Shown here: positions 1 to 8,612 of the stretch, one piece after another
Position numbering within the stretch: the stretch's first letter is position 1
How the letters are laid out: each line of letters begins with the position of its first letter
Virus record (IMG/VR): IMGVR_UViG_3300045996_003284
Span: 10,248-74,247 of that record
Length of the DNA: 64,000 nucleotides
From: a virus
Strand: one strand, 5' to 3'
Made by a program: the position numbers and the translations under genes
Notes under the pieces: generated by a model
What the model saw: the letters and a program-made list of their open reading frames with translations, nothing else
The model's database searches: none
What the model was told of the DNA's origin: nothing

Positions 1-168
1 ACCTGGACGGAGACTGTTTGGGAGTACGGCCAGTCTCGTCCGCCCTACACCATGACGGCGACTTTCACGGCGACGGCGGAGGGGCAGACCAACGAGACCC
101 TGATCAATCTCAACCCCGCCGGCACGAAAATCCATGATTTCGACTGGCGAAGCGATGCGATGCCCTGA
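1..168 (+). CDS. trbF: TrbF/VirB8 family protein, C-terminal fragment (partial)
   Basis: Frame 1 reads TWTETVWEYG...MTATFT...LINLNPAGTKIHDFDWRS*, matching the W-x-E ... NP-x-G ... W end of VirB8/TrbF. It lies directly upstream of trbG. Confidence 0.7.
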   Translation, partial: TWTETVWEYGQSRPPYTMTATFTATAEGQTNETLINLNPAGTKIHDFDWRSDAMP

Positions 169-218
169 CAAGTATCTCGTAATGTGATAGTTTATACTAG
201 AAATAAGCCGAGGATAGT

Positions 219-1214
219 ATGAAAAGACTTGTCGCCATCATCACACCGGCCCTGCTGGCGGCCTGTGCCTCGACGCCACCGGAAGGGCCGACACCGACCA
301 ATCTCGTGTCGGTAGGCCCAGCGCCAGATGTCCAGATCATCGAGAAGAGCGTCCCGGTTCTTCTGGCGCCAGAGCCGGTGGTCAAGGAAAAGCCCAAGAA
401 AGGCGTTGATCCGGTGACCGCAACGCGGGCTGCCAACAAACGCGCCATCGAAATGCCTCGGCCCGAGCGGTTTATCGGCAGCACGCTGATCTATCCGATC
501 GTGCCAGGTGCAACATACAACGTCCTGACCGCTGTCAACGACATTACCAGCATCGAGATGCCACCGGGATGCCGGATGAACGCAAAATCGCCGATGATTG
601 GTGATCCCTCCCACGCGGGTGACGATCAGCGACAAGCAAACACTGCTGAGGACATAGAACCCGCCAATTGGCTGATCGCGAAAACCTTCCACGGGACACC
701 GCGTGATCCCGTTTCCAAGGTCGTCGTACGGCCCCACAAGCCGGATCTCCGGACATCCCTCCAGGTTGACACCGACTGCGGGTCGTTTCGCTACAAGCTC
801 ATCTCGACCCAGGAGTCAGCCAACGTCACCGTCCGGTTTCGGCAGGAGCAGCCCAACCTTGGCCTGCCACTGCCTCCGACCGCCGAAGAGCTGGCCTCCA
901 AGGCGAGGCCCGTCGCGTCCTGCGCTGACACGCCGGTTTCGGAGGTGCGGCGCAGCTATACGATCACGGGTGACCAACCATCTTGGCGTCCGGTGGACAT
1001 GGATGTCTTCCACACTGCGGCGAAGACCTGCATCGGGATGCCGGACGGCTTGGGCAACCTGGAAACCCCGAGCATTTCCAGGCCCTCGCATGATGGTGAT
1101 GAAGCCACCGTGTATTACCGCACGGTCGGTCGCTTCATCGAGGTTGATCAGATCCTGCCAGCCGTGACTCTGAAGCTCGGCCAGGAAACCGTGACCCTGA
1201 CCCTGAACCGCTGA
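219..1214 (+). CDS. trbG: TrbG/VirB9 T4SS outer-membrane core lipoprotein
   Basis: Lipobox LAAC; motifs YPIVPGATYNV..AVNDITSIE, VVVRP..PDLRTSL.VDTD..SFRYKL, Y.ITGD.PSWRP; upstream of virB10. Confidence 0.8.
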   Translation: MKRLVAIITPALLAACASTPPEGPTPTNLVSVGPAPDVQIIEKSVPVLLAPEPVVKEKPKKGVDPVTATRAANKRAIEMPRPERFIGSTLIYPIVPGATYNVLTAVNDITSIEMPPGCRMNAKSPMIGDPSHAGDDQRQANTAEDIEPANWLIAKTFHGTPRDPVSKVVVRPHKPDLRTSLQVDTDCGSFRYKLISTQESANVTVRFRQEQPNLGLPLPPTAEELASKARPVASCADTPVSEVRRSYTITGDQPSWRPVDMDVFHTAAKTCIGMPDGLGNLETPSISRPSHDGDEATVYYRTVGRFIEVDQILPAVTLKLGQETVTLTLNR

Positions 1215-1224
1215 GGAGACACCC

Positions 1225-2433
1225 ATGCAGCCTAAAACCCAGGCTCCCGGAACCCTGCGACCGAAGACGCCAAAGCCGAGAGGAATCAGCCGCAAGGTCA
1301 CCCTTGGCCTAACGGCTACAGCAGCGGCCGGCGTTCTGGCGGCCTTCGTTCTCGATCCAGGCTTCAACCTGCAGAATGCGCCGCCGGCCCAATCGCCGAT
1401 GCTCAGCAATGTGCGTCCGGACCTGTCCGGCCTGCCGTCTGACTACCGCGAGATGCAAACGGCCTCGATGGCCGTTCCGGCGGCACCCCCGGCGCCCAAC
1501 CCAACGGATTTCCCGCTGATCAAGAGGGAGGAGCCGATCCGACAAAGTGGACCGGCCAAGCCAAAGCCGAGGAAGATCCGGGCCGGCATTGCCGTGGGTG
1601 GCGACGACGGTATCGACCAAGCCAATCAGGGAAGCGGCGGCGTTCAGACCGTGGCGGACACACAGCGATATCCTGACAGCGCGGCGTATGACGGCATGAA
1701 CGGAATCGGCGGAGGCGGCACCATGGGGGGCGGAGGCGGTATGGCTGGCATGGGCGGAGGCGGTATGGCCGGCGGTGGCCGACAACCTCGAACGGCAGCC
1801 CAGGGCTTCCGGCAGGACAATGGCGGGGACGGGGAGATGTACCTGCCCCGCAGCATTCAGAACCCTCTCGGTGAGTACGAAATCTGGCCCGGAACCATCA
1901 TCCCGGCTAAGTTGGCCAGCGCCACCAACAGCGAACTTGGCGGCAACGTCGTCGCCCGCGTGTCGGCCGACATTTATGACAACAAGGGGGGCCGCTGCAA
2001 GATGATCCCACGCGACTCGACCGTGTTCGGGAAGCTCTCTGATGAAGTCACCTACGGTCAGCGCCGACAGCAGGCGGTGTGGAGCATGCTGATCCTGCCG
2101 AACGGCCAGAAACTGTCGCTGATGGGCATGGACGCGACGGATGGAGCAGGTCGGAGCGGTATCACGGCCAACGTCAACAATCACTACGGGCGTCTGGCGG
2201 TGGCCGCTATCGCGGCGACTGCACTCGACGTTCTCAGCGATCTGGCTCGCGATGACAACAACGGCACACAGGTGAATATTGGCGGGGCGGCGGCCAACAA
2301 CGTTACATCCATCGGCGACCGCATCATACAGCGCGAACTGAACGTGCCGCCAAACCTGGAGCAGATCATCGGCCACCCGGTAAGCCTCATGGTGGATCGC
2401 ACAATCGTTATGGGTTGCTACAATGATCAATAA
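1225..2433 (+). CDS. trbI: TrbI/VirB10 T4SS protein
   Basis: N-terminal TM, Pro-rich linker, then GTIIPAKL...NSELGG.VVARVS.DIYD, D.AG.SG....VNNHY, ELNVPP. Confidence 0.92.
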   Translation: MQPKTQAPGTLRPKTPKPRGISRKVTLGLTATAAAGVLAAFVLDPGFNLQNAPPAQSPMLSNVRPDLSGLPSDYREMQTASMAVPAAPPAPNPTDFPLIKREEPIRQSGPAKPKPRKIRAGIAVGGDDGIDQANQGSGGVQTVADTQRYPDSAAYDGMNGIGGGGTMGGGGGMAGMGGGGMAGGGRQPRTAAQGFRQDNGGDGEMYLPRSIQNPLGEYEIWPGTIIPAKLASATNSELGGNVVARVSADIYDNKGGRCKMIPRDSTVFGKLSDEVTYGQRRQQAVWSMLILPNGQKLSLMGMDATDGAGRSGITANVNNHYGRLAVAAIAATALDVLSDLARDDNNGTQVNIGGAAANNVTSIGDRIIQRELNVPPNLEQIIGHPVSLMVDRTIVMGCYNDQ

Positions 2434-2845
2434 CGCAATCGATAATGACTCGGCAATTGTCTTAAAATCCGATATAGTATGCTTTTATGACACTAATCGG
2501 ATTGACACTATGGCCGAGCGGGATGGGTTTACGAGCGTTTCCTTCACGTCGGTCCAAGAGCGCGGGTTTGATCAGTTTAAGAAAATTGCGCGTCAACGCG
2601 GTATCTTCCCAAGGGATCTCTTCAGCGCCGCCCTTCGTCAGCTCATCGAGGACCGGAAGGCGGGATTGAAGATCGATTATCCCGCATCACGAAAGGGCGG
2701 TGTACGCCGCTCGATGTGGATTGAAACTGACCTGATCGCCGAAATGAAGGCGGCGGCCAGAGCCGACAAGGTCAGCAAGACGGTCTTCTTCCTGACCGCG
2801 ATGAAACGGTACGTTGATCGGGAGGGAATCGATGTTGAGACCTAA
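2423..2845 (+). CDS. Tandem ribbon-helix-helix transcriptional regulator (start probably ATG 2510)
   Basis: Two strand-helix-helix units (SVSFTSV..FDQFKKIARQRG; RRSMWIE..MKAAARADKVSKTVFF). Confidence 0.6.
   Translation: MINNAIDNDSAIVLKSDIVCFYDTNRIDTMAERDGFTSVSFTSVQERGFDQFKKIARQRGIFPRDLFSAALRQLIEDRKAGLKIDYPASRKGGVRRSMWIETDLIAEMKAAARADKVSKTVFFLTAMKRYVDREGIDVET
2466..2510. promoter_or_regulatory. AT-rich operator-like site: inverted repeat AATCCGAT/ATCGGATT plus direct repeat TGACACTA x2
   Basis: Read directly at 2466-2473/2496-2503 and at 2488-2495/2503-2510, just before the RHH start. Confidence 0.45.
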
Positions 2846-3050
2846 CCTGGCCATCCTGGCCAGCACCGCCGCTATCCTGTCTGCCTGCACCAGTCCACCA
2901 CCGCCGCATTACCCGGTCGTCGGACAATACCCTTATGCTATTCCTCAGCACAAACCGGACCCAATCCGTGAAACCAGCCAACAACTCTCTTTCATTGACC
3001 AGATCATGCGGCAAATCCAGAGTATTCAGGGAACGACCCAGCGGTTCTAA
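2832..3050 (+). CDS. Small lipoprotein (entry-exclusion TrbK-like or VirB7-like)
   Basis: GGAGGG RBS, MLRPNLAILASTAAILSAC lipobox, 72 aa, inside the trb region. Confidence 0.5.
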   Translation: MLRPNLAILASTAAILSACTSPPPPHYPVVGQYPYAIPQHKPDPIRETSQQLSFIDQIMRQIQSIQGTTQRF

Positions 3051-3543
3051 ACGCTGGCTCCCCTTGACGCTGGGCGTCACGGCTTTTGCGATCGCCCTGG
3101 TCGCCCAGGCGCTTGGTCCCGTCGCGACGTGGAACCACACGCCCAGCCTCGCTACAGGCCTCTACGTGCGTTCTGCGACGGCTCCGACTGTTGGTGCCAT
3201 CGTCGCCTTCCCAGCGCCGCCTGCGGCCTTGGATTACGCTCAGCGGCGTGGCTGGGGAGGTGCCCCGGTGCTGTTCCTGAAGCCTCTGGCAGCCGGCCCA
3301 GGTGATCATGTCTGCGTGACTGACGACCACCTGGAGATCAACAGACGGAACATCGCACCGGTCCATATGGTTAGCTCAGACGGAACGCCGTTGCCTCGAT
3401 GGAACGGGTGCCGAGAAATGGCGGATGGCGAGTGGTTCGCGTATGCCCCGAGGACTCCGAACAGCATGGACAGCCGATATTATGGGCCGGTGATGGAGAC
3501 GGACATCGTCGGTGTGTTTCGGCCTGTGTGGACCGGAAGTTAG
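2935..3543 (+). CDS. traF: TraF-like S26 peptidase (conjugative pilin processing); start uncertain
   Basis: WNHTPSLATGLY (catalytic Ser), FLKPLAAGPGDHVC (catalytic Lys), NSMDSRYYGPV. Confidence 0.88.
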   Translation: MLFLSTNRTQSVKPANNSLSLTRSCGKSRVFRERPSGSKRWLPLTLGVTAFAIALVAQALGPVATWNHTPSLATGLYVRSATAPTVGAIVAFPAPPAALDYAQRRGWGGAPVLFLKPLAAGPGDHVCVTDDHLEINRRNIAPVHMVSSDGTPLPRWNGCREMADGEWFAYAPRTPNSMDSRYYGPVMETDIVGVFRPVWTGS

Positions 3544-3606
3544 AGCATCCCATCCGGCGTCTTATTTGTTTGGCAATATCGCCCTAGAACTTAACGGAGT
3601 AGAACC

Positions 3607-4032
3607 ATGTTCAATTTCGACGAAATCGTTGGCAAGAAGAGTAAGAAGCAATTCGTTACCGTCCCTCTGACAGCAACGCTGACAGTCGCGGAACGCGAGA
3701 TCTGGGATGAGATGATCAGGCAAAGCATCGAGATGGATAAGGCTAAAGACGCGGATAAAAACAATGATGCTGATGAAGACATTGATCAAGATGTGGATAG
3801 AATTGCTGATGAAGTTACGGATAAAGACACTGATGACCAGGACTATAATCGCGACGATTATGCGAATTACATAATCAGTCAGTATCTTAGAATCATGGTC
3901 GATGAATGGCAAAAAGAAAGGCAAGCCAAACTCAAAAAGGCAGATCGTGACAAAAAAGGGGATACGGAACCCAGCAATGCTGCGGTAACCCCGATCACCA
4001 CTGGGAGGCGTCGGCGGCGTCAGGCAGCCTGA
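3607..4032 (+). CDS. Hypothetical protein with Asp-rich core and Arg-rich C-terminus
   Basis: GGAG RBS, followed by a strong hairpin. Confidence 0.6.
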   Translation: MFNFDEIVGKKSKKQFVTVPLTATLTVAEREIWDEMIRQSIEMDKAKDADKNNDADEDIDQDVDRIADEVTDKDTDDQDYNRDDYANYIISQYLRIMVDEWQKERQAKLKKADRDKKGDTEPSNAAVTPITTGRRRRRQAA

Positions 4033-4038
4033 ATTAAC

Positions 4039-4076
4039 GTCGGTGTGTGTAGCCTAAAAGGCTCACACACACCGAC
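4039..4076. repeat. Long near-perfect inverted repeat (terminator-like or oriT-associated)
   Basis: GTCGGTGTGTGT-AGCCT-AAA-AGGCT-CACACACACCGAC. Confidence 0.7.
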
Positions 4077-4316
4077 TCAGCGGAATGATTGACTAAAAGT
4101 TGGTTTTCTTTGAGACCAAACTTTGGCATTGTAAACAATTCATCTCATTTGCCCTGTCCCGCCAAAAGACCAGCCCCTATGTCTACCTCACGGACATGAC
4201 GAAAATATCGCCCTCACAAGAGTCATACTCCGCTTGATGTATGTTTGACGCGTGTTTCCATCGTTCTTTCCGCAACAAAAGTGCAGGACTCAGCGAAAAG
4301 GTACAGGTAAATTCCA

Positions 4317-5327
4317 ATGACATCATCTCAACAGCCTGTCAGCGTGTTAGGCATGATGAGGAATCCCAGGACAATGTCCCCGAAGGAAAAAGAAATGCCG
4401 GCTTCTTCGAATTTTTCGTTCAAAAAAACATCAGACGGTGTTACGGATACTTCCCGAGGGACGACAAAAACCGGGTCGATTATGGATGACAGAGCATTTT
4501 CCACAGTTAAGACAGGTGGCGTTCAAAAGGTCTATAATGCCCCCGTCCAAGCCCGACGCGCGGTCGATCCGCATTTCGGGCAGACAGCCCCTCGCCCTCA
4601 ATCCTCACTAGCCCCAGCGGAAATTCTGGAACTTGAGGACCGGATTGCCCGGCTTGCGACACTCTCCGGACGCCAGAACATCGCTCCGCCTGGTTTCCAC
4701 CGAGTTACCCTGGATGATATCGTGGAAGCCGGCATCAAGAGTGTTTTTGATCCCGATCCCCCTCCTGAACTGTTCGACATCGCCAAGCGCTGCGTTGTGA
4801 TTACGGTTCTTCGTAACCAGGGCATCTCTATACCGGACGTTTTCAAAAAGCCGAACAAGCACAATCCTCTCTGGTGGGAGGCACGCCAGAAAAGCCGCAT
4901 CCGGCGCACCGAACCCGAAGCGTCGTCCATCGGTGCGATCGAGAGGATGCTTCGGGAAGCCTTACGGAACCGTGATGCAAAAGCGGAAGAGATCTTCGCC
5001 ACAACACCGAGCGTTCCGGAGTCGGTGGTTCCGCCTCAATTCGAACCAACCGTCACGGATCCGACGCAACCGCCCGCTTCCGAACCCCCAGAACTTGCCG
5101 GCATTTTTGACCTTCCAGCCGAACCGCAGGCCGTCGCCGCCGAAGCGGTTTCGGAACCTCAGCGTCGGGATCCCCACAAGGTTATCGGCCGTGCCGAAGT
5201 CGATCGGGTAAGGCGGAATGTCATCGGAAAGCACTCAACGATGAAGGCTGAGTCCAAACGCCTCGGAGTCAGTCTGAGCGTCATTTCCTCGATTGTTGAT
5301 GGGAAATACAAAGCGCGGGGGGACTAA
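4317..5327 (+). CDS. Hypothetical protein with C-terminal HTH-like motif
   Basis: TMKAESKRLGVSLSVISSIVDGK at the C-terminus; abuts the next gene. Confidence 0.55.
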   Translation: MTSSQQPVSVLGMMRNPRTMSPKEKEMPASSNFSFKKTSDGVTDTSRGTTKTGSIMDDRAFSTVKTGGVQKVYNAPVQARRAVDPHFGQTAPRPQSSLAPAEILELEDRIARLATLSGRQNIAPPGFHRVTLDDIVEAGIKSVFDPDPPPELFDIAKRCVVITVLRNQGISIPDVFKKPNKHNPLWWEARQKSRIRRTEPEASSIGAIERMLREALRNRDAKAEEIFATTPSVPESVVPPQFEPTVTDPTQPPASEPPELAGIFDLPAEPQAVAAEAVSEPQRRDPHKVIGRAEVDRVRRNVIGKHSTMKAESKRLGVSLSVISSIVDGKYKARGD

Positions 5328-5329
5328 TT

Positions 5330-5860
5330 ATGCTGCGCATCGAGGGACCCGTCACTGATGAACAATATGAGGAAATTCGGGAGGCCGCCGGGAAGGCTGG
5401 ACTTAGCATGCGCCGCTATGTCACCAAGGCGACACTGAAGAACGTCCGCGAGACGCCTATCCAGGACCAAATCGAGGTGGTTGTCTCATGCATCGCGCAG
5501 GTGGCGAGCAACATCCAGTCCCTGGCGGCGATGCACCAGAGCATGCTGGTACTCCACGCTGAAATGGCCATGGCGACCCGCAACATCCTGGAGACCCAGG
5601 CCCGCGTCGAGCGAACCTTGCAGGATGTTGATCAGGGATACCGCAAGCTGAGGCAGATGAGCGCCACCATCGAGACGGAATTGCGCGACCACCGCCAAGA
5701 AGCCTTGGTCGGTTTGCAGCGGCTGGAACGCCTTACCGACGACCAGGAGCGTCAGCGTGCTGGACCTCGGGTCTACACGCCCAACACGCTGGATGGAGAA
5801 AACAAGAGAGATGACAATGGCGTCGAAATATCGCCGACGTTCAGCGCGTCGCTCCAGTGA
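5330..5860 (+). CDS. MobC/NikA-like RHH relaxosome accessory protein with coiled coil
   Basis: VTDEQYEEIREAAGKAGLSMRRYV matches the MobC-type RHH pattern. Confidence 0.6.
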   Translation: MLRIEGPVTDEQYEEIREAAGKAGLSMRRYVTKATLKNVRETPIQDQIEVVVSCIAQVASNIQSLAAMHQSMLVLHAEMAMATRNILETQARVERTLQDVDQGYRKLRQMSATIETELRDHRQEALVGLQRLERLTDDQERQRAGPRVYTPNTLDGENKRDDNGVEISPTFSASLQ

Positions 5861-5931
5861 TAGGGAAGCCCTCGCGTTTAACGCGGGGGAGGCATCACGA
5901 TTTCGAAAAACCGGAAACTTGGATTTGGAGT

Positions 5932-6096
5932 CTATTCTTCCAGACTCAGCCATTTTGCGGCATCGCGCCAGGGAAAGCGAATGGTGCCCTTTCCGGCGCT
6001 GATAATGATCCACTCACCCTCGACCGCCAGAACGATGCAGCGGACGCCGGATGGTCCAATGTATGTTTTGCCGACTTCCGGGATCAGCGCAGACAG
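5932..6096 (-). CDS. Small unannotated protein (54 aa, putative CTG start)
   Basis: GAGGA-N6-CTG, then LSALIPEVGKTYIGPSGVRCIVLAVEGEWIIISAGKGTIRFPWRDAAKWLSLEE*; SH3-like beta pattern. Confidence 0.4.
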   Translation of the reverse strand: MSALIPEVGKTYIGPSGVRCIVLAVEGEWIIISAGKGTIRFPWRDAAKWLSLEE

Positions 6097-6124
6097 GTTT
6101 TTTCCTCAGTCAGAAGAAACCTAG

Positions 6125-6194
6125 AGCGACTGGGGAAGGGCTTCGCACAACGCAGGTCGGTCCCCTACATAAGGATCGCCCCTTCCCAGTCGCT
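6125..6194. repeat. 17-bp imperfect inverted repeat with 36-nt spacer
   Basis: AGCGACTGGGGAAGGGC ... GCCCCTTCCCAGTCGCT. Confidence 0.7.
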
Positions 6195-6264
6195 TGGTGC
6201 TCTTGGTTCTCCAACACCTCTGAGGGGTGTCAGATCGCTTTTGTGCCATGATCGGCCGTTTTGG

Positions 6265-6891
6265 TCAAGGCGGTTTCGACGTTTCTTCCGTACCGTCGTT
6301 TCCTACGCTAAGTTCCGCCTCGATCTCACGCAGCCGCGTCAGCAAACGGATGCGTTCCTGGCGCAGACGATCATGACGGCTCAAACCCGTGGAAACCATG
6401 CGCCGCCGGAACGCTTCGATTTCGTTACGCCGAACCTCGGGATGGATCAATCCCTCACGCTGGGCCTGCACGCGGACATCCGCCGGCAGGGTGGCGATCA
6501 GGTAGATGGTGGTATAGTTGGGTGGAAGATCCTGAACCGGCAAAGAGCCGCTATCGATACTTTCGGCCACGGTGCGAAGCTTGCGGGCAACGGCTGGTCC
6601 CATCAGCAGATCATCACGAACCATGGCTTCATACTCGCCATGCGGTAGCGTGGCACGCGCCAGGGCCAGATAGCGACCAATGGTCAGGAAGGTGGTCTCG
6701 GCCTCTTTCCACAGCGCGCCAATCGTCTTGGCATAGGCCAGGCGACTTGGCAGCGGAGTAAGGTCTCCCGATCCGGTTTCCGGCGCGAGAACGACCGGCT
6801 TTGTGACGCGCTTGCGGGGTGGGCTGGCCGTACCGATGGGCATCGGCCAGGTCTTTCCGTTAATCGTCAGTCTGCGTTTCATAAGGTCCAC
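6265..6891 (-). CDS. DUF3102-like protein
   Basis: IGRYLALARATLPHGEYEAMV...ARKLRTVAE fits the IG-x2-L...LPHGE signature. Confidence 0.7.
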   Translation of the reverse strand: MDLMKRRLTINGKTWPMPIGTASPPRKRVTKPVVLAPETGSGDLTPLPSRLAYAKTIGALWKEAETTFLTIGRYLALARATLPHGEYEAMVRDDLLMGPAVARKLRTVAESIDSGSLPVQDLPPNYTTIYLIATLPADVRVQAQREGLIHPEVRRNEIEAFRRRMVSTGLSRHDRLRQERIRLLTRLREIEAELSVGNDGTEETSKPP

Positions 6892-6992
6892 CGACGCTAT
6901 TGACGGGAAAGAACCCTATCTGTGTTATCGGTTGACGACTAGAGACAATGTCCCTGTTGCGCGATCCCGGCAAAGCGTTCTCCGGGGAACGG

Positions 6993-7220
6993 TCAAATTT
7001 CCAGATCATCCGGAAACGGTGACTGAAGCTCGCGCCGCGCGTCCCGGATACGTTCCGTCCAGACCTCCAGTTCGGCCAGCGTTGGACCACGATTTTGCGC
7101 GATCATCCGTTCCAGGTCGTTTCGGGTTTGCTCATAGGCAGCCAGCGCTGATGGGATCTGCTTGAGAGCCAGAGCCGTCAGTTCCATCAGGGCAAGCGCG
7201 GTGGCGGCGGGGATCATCAC
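6993..7220 (-). CDS. Small lysis-cassette-associated protein
   Basis: ATGA overlap with the upstream lipoprotein gene; amphipathic helices. Confidence 0.55.
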   Translation of the reverse strand: MMIPAATALALMELTALALKQIPSALAAYEQTRNDLERMIAQNRGPTLAELEVWTERIRDARRELQSPFPDDLEI

Positions 7221-7720
7221 AACCGTCCTTCCTTTTTCATCTGCTCTGCAAGATGGTTCTGCAGGCGGCGCTTGATCTGGTCCAACGCCTCAATGGCTTC
7301 CTCCAGCATGTCCGCGTCGCCGTCGGCAACGGCCAGGGTGCCGTACTCCTGTATCTCCATGGCTTCGCGGTCAAGCTTTGCCATGGCAAGCACGGCAGCC
7401 CGGCAATCCGTCTGAAGGATACGAGGCTTGGCCAGACATTCCCGGCGGTAGGTTGCGGCGCTTTCAACGACCACCGTGTAGGCCGCCATAGCCGCGTACC
7501 ATGCCTGTCCGGGCGTCTGGGGCCTTGGTGGCGTCGGAGTGGCGCAGCCCGTCAGAAGGACTGCCACAAGGGCAATGAAAAGAATTATACGCCGGTTGGC
7601 AAAACTTGTTCGGATACCTCGACGCAAACACCCTTTGGCAGCAGACCGCCAAGGTCCGCTGCCTAATGTATAGAGTTGAGCGGCAAGACTCTTGACCATA
7701 AGCTTCCATGTGACGTTCAT
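7217..7720 (-). CDS. Lipoprotein, candidate spanin-like lysis component (start uncertain)
   Basis: RRIILFIALVAVLLTGC lipobox, helical body, downstream of the endolysin. Confidence 0.55.
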   Translation of the reverse strand: MNVTWKLMVKSLAAQLYTLGSGPWRSAAKGCLRRGIRTSFANRRIILFIALVAVLLTGCATPTPPRPQTPGQAWYAAMAAYTVVVESAATYRRECLAKPRILQTDCRAAVLAMAKLDREAMEIQEYGTLAVADGDADMLEEAIEALDQIKRRLQNHLAEQMKKEGRL

Positions 7721-7863
7721 CGAGACTTCTCTTGATCCTGATTTTCTAAGAACTCATCCACGATACGCCTCAGATACTCAGCGAGTGAGATGCCGCGCTT
7801 CTTCGCTTGTTCGACCAATTTTTCCGCCTGTGGATCGCTGAGACTGACATTAAACCGTTTCAT
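7717..7863 (-). CDS. CopG/RHH family regulator
   Basis: MKRFNVSLSDPQAEKLVEQAKKRGISLAEYLRRIV. Confidence 0.8.
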   Translation of the reverse strand: MKRFNVSLSDPQAEKLVEQAKKRGISLAEYLRRIVDEFLENQDQEKSR

Positions 7864-7941
7864 GCTGATACCCCTGATCGACCTTGAACAAAGGCGATCG
7901 TCCCGCACGGTTATGGGTATGTCAAGTGCCATTTATTCCCT

Positions 7942-7967
7942 AATGTGGCACATTAATGTGTTGCCAT
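7942..7967. promoter_or_regulatory. Imperfect palindrome in a divergent promoter region (putative RHH operator)
   Basis: AATGTGGCACATT-AATGTGTTGCCAT between divergent genes. Confidence 0.45.
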
Positions 7968-8030
7968 TTCCTCTGGGTGAGGTAAATTGGCAATCAGCAA
8001 CTCGCTAAAACCCGCTATCCAGAGGATGTC

Positions 8031-8348
8031 ATGAGCACCATTACCAAAGCCGAGCAGGTCCGCAGGCAGTACGTCACCGTTGTTCATCTCGCTCGATCGT
8101 TGGCTACGGTCTATGAGCAGTCGGCTTTTATGGCGCACAATGAGACAGACGATGGCCTACTCCAAATCATGGGAAATTTGAGCGCCGAGGCCATGGAAAT
8201 TCTGGGAGACATTCTTAACGGGATGGAAGCTGGCTTTGATTCCGTCTCGGAAGATGATGCCAATTTGGGCAATGCATTCAACGTGAATGATGTGTTCGAC
8301 ATGGCTCACATCATGTTTCCGGTTAAAAGCGCCAGGAGCTTGAGATAA
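8031..8348 (+). CDS. Hypothetical protein (moron, opposite strand)
   Basis: GAGGA RBS; visibly AT-richer than its flanks. Confidence 0.6.
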   Translation: MSTITKAEQVRRQYVTVVHLARSLATVYEQSAFMAHNETDDGLLQIMGNLSAEAMEILGDILNGMEAGFDSVSEDDANLGNAFNVNDVFDMAHIMFPVKSARSLR

Positions 8349-8380
8349 CGCCCGGTTCCAAGCAGGCAACAGGAGATGAA

Positions 8381-8578
8381 ATGAGCGTCTTTAAGATCAT
8401 TCGCGATGCCGTAACCTATTCCGAATTGATCGGTGAATCCGTCGGTCCTAACGTTGGGTTATGGATCATCGAAGATGAGAACGGGGAGATTATCGAAGGC
8501 CCGTTTGACACCAAGCGGGATGCTGAAGAGTATCTAAAAAGCAGAGAGAACTCGCGCCAGTTCTATGCCGAAAAATAA
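8381..8578 (+). CDS. Small acidic hypothetical protein (moron)
   Basis: AGGAG RBS; ends IIEGPFDTKRDAEEYL. Confidence 0.6.
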   Translation: MSVFKIIRDAVTYSELIGESVGPNVGLWIIEDENGEIIEGPFDTKRDAEEYLKSRENSRQFYAEK

Positions 8579-8612
8579 ACCGCCCGGTTCACCCCTGCCA
8601 GGATCAGACCGA

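Larger units (their letters stand above)
1..5860 (+). mobile_element. Distal part of a P-type (Trb) conjugative transfer region (plasmid or ICE), continuing off the left edge
   Basis: Collinear trbF-trbG-trbI, traF and MobC-like genes on the + strand. Confidence 0.8.

Noticed and set aside
6120-6200. Cobalamin riboswitch-like words (GCGACTGGGAAGG, GACCTGC)
   Set aside because: The upstream core elements are missing and there is no B12-related gene downstream; a simple inverted repeat explains the sequence
5857-6648. 263-aa + strand ORF
   Set aside because: Overlaps the DUF3102-like gene antisense and has no recognisable motifs; probably a shadow ORF
5860-7000. Prophage att site at the junction
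   Set aside because: No tRNA fragment, integrase or repeat partner is visible in the window, so it cannot be called
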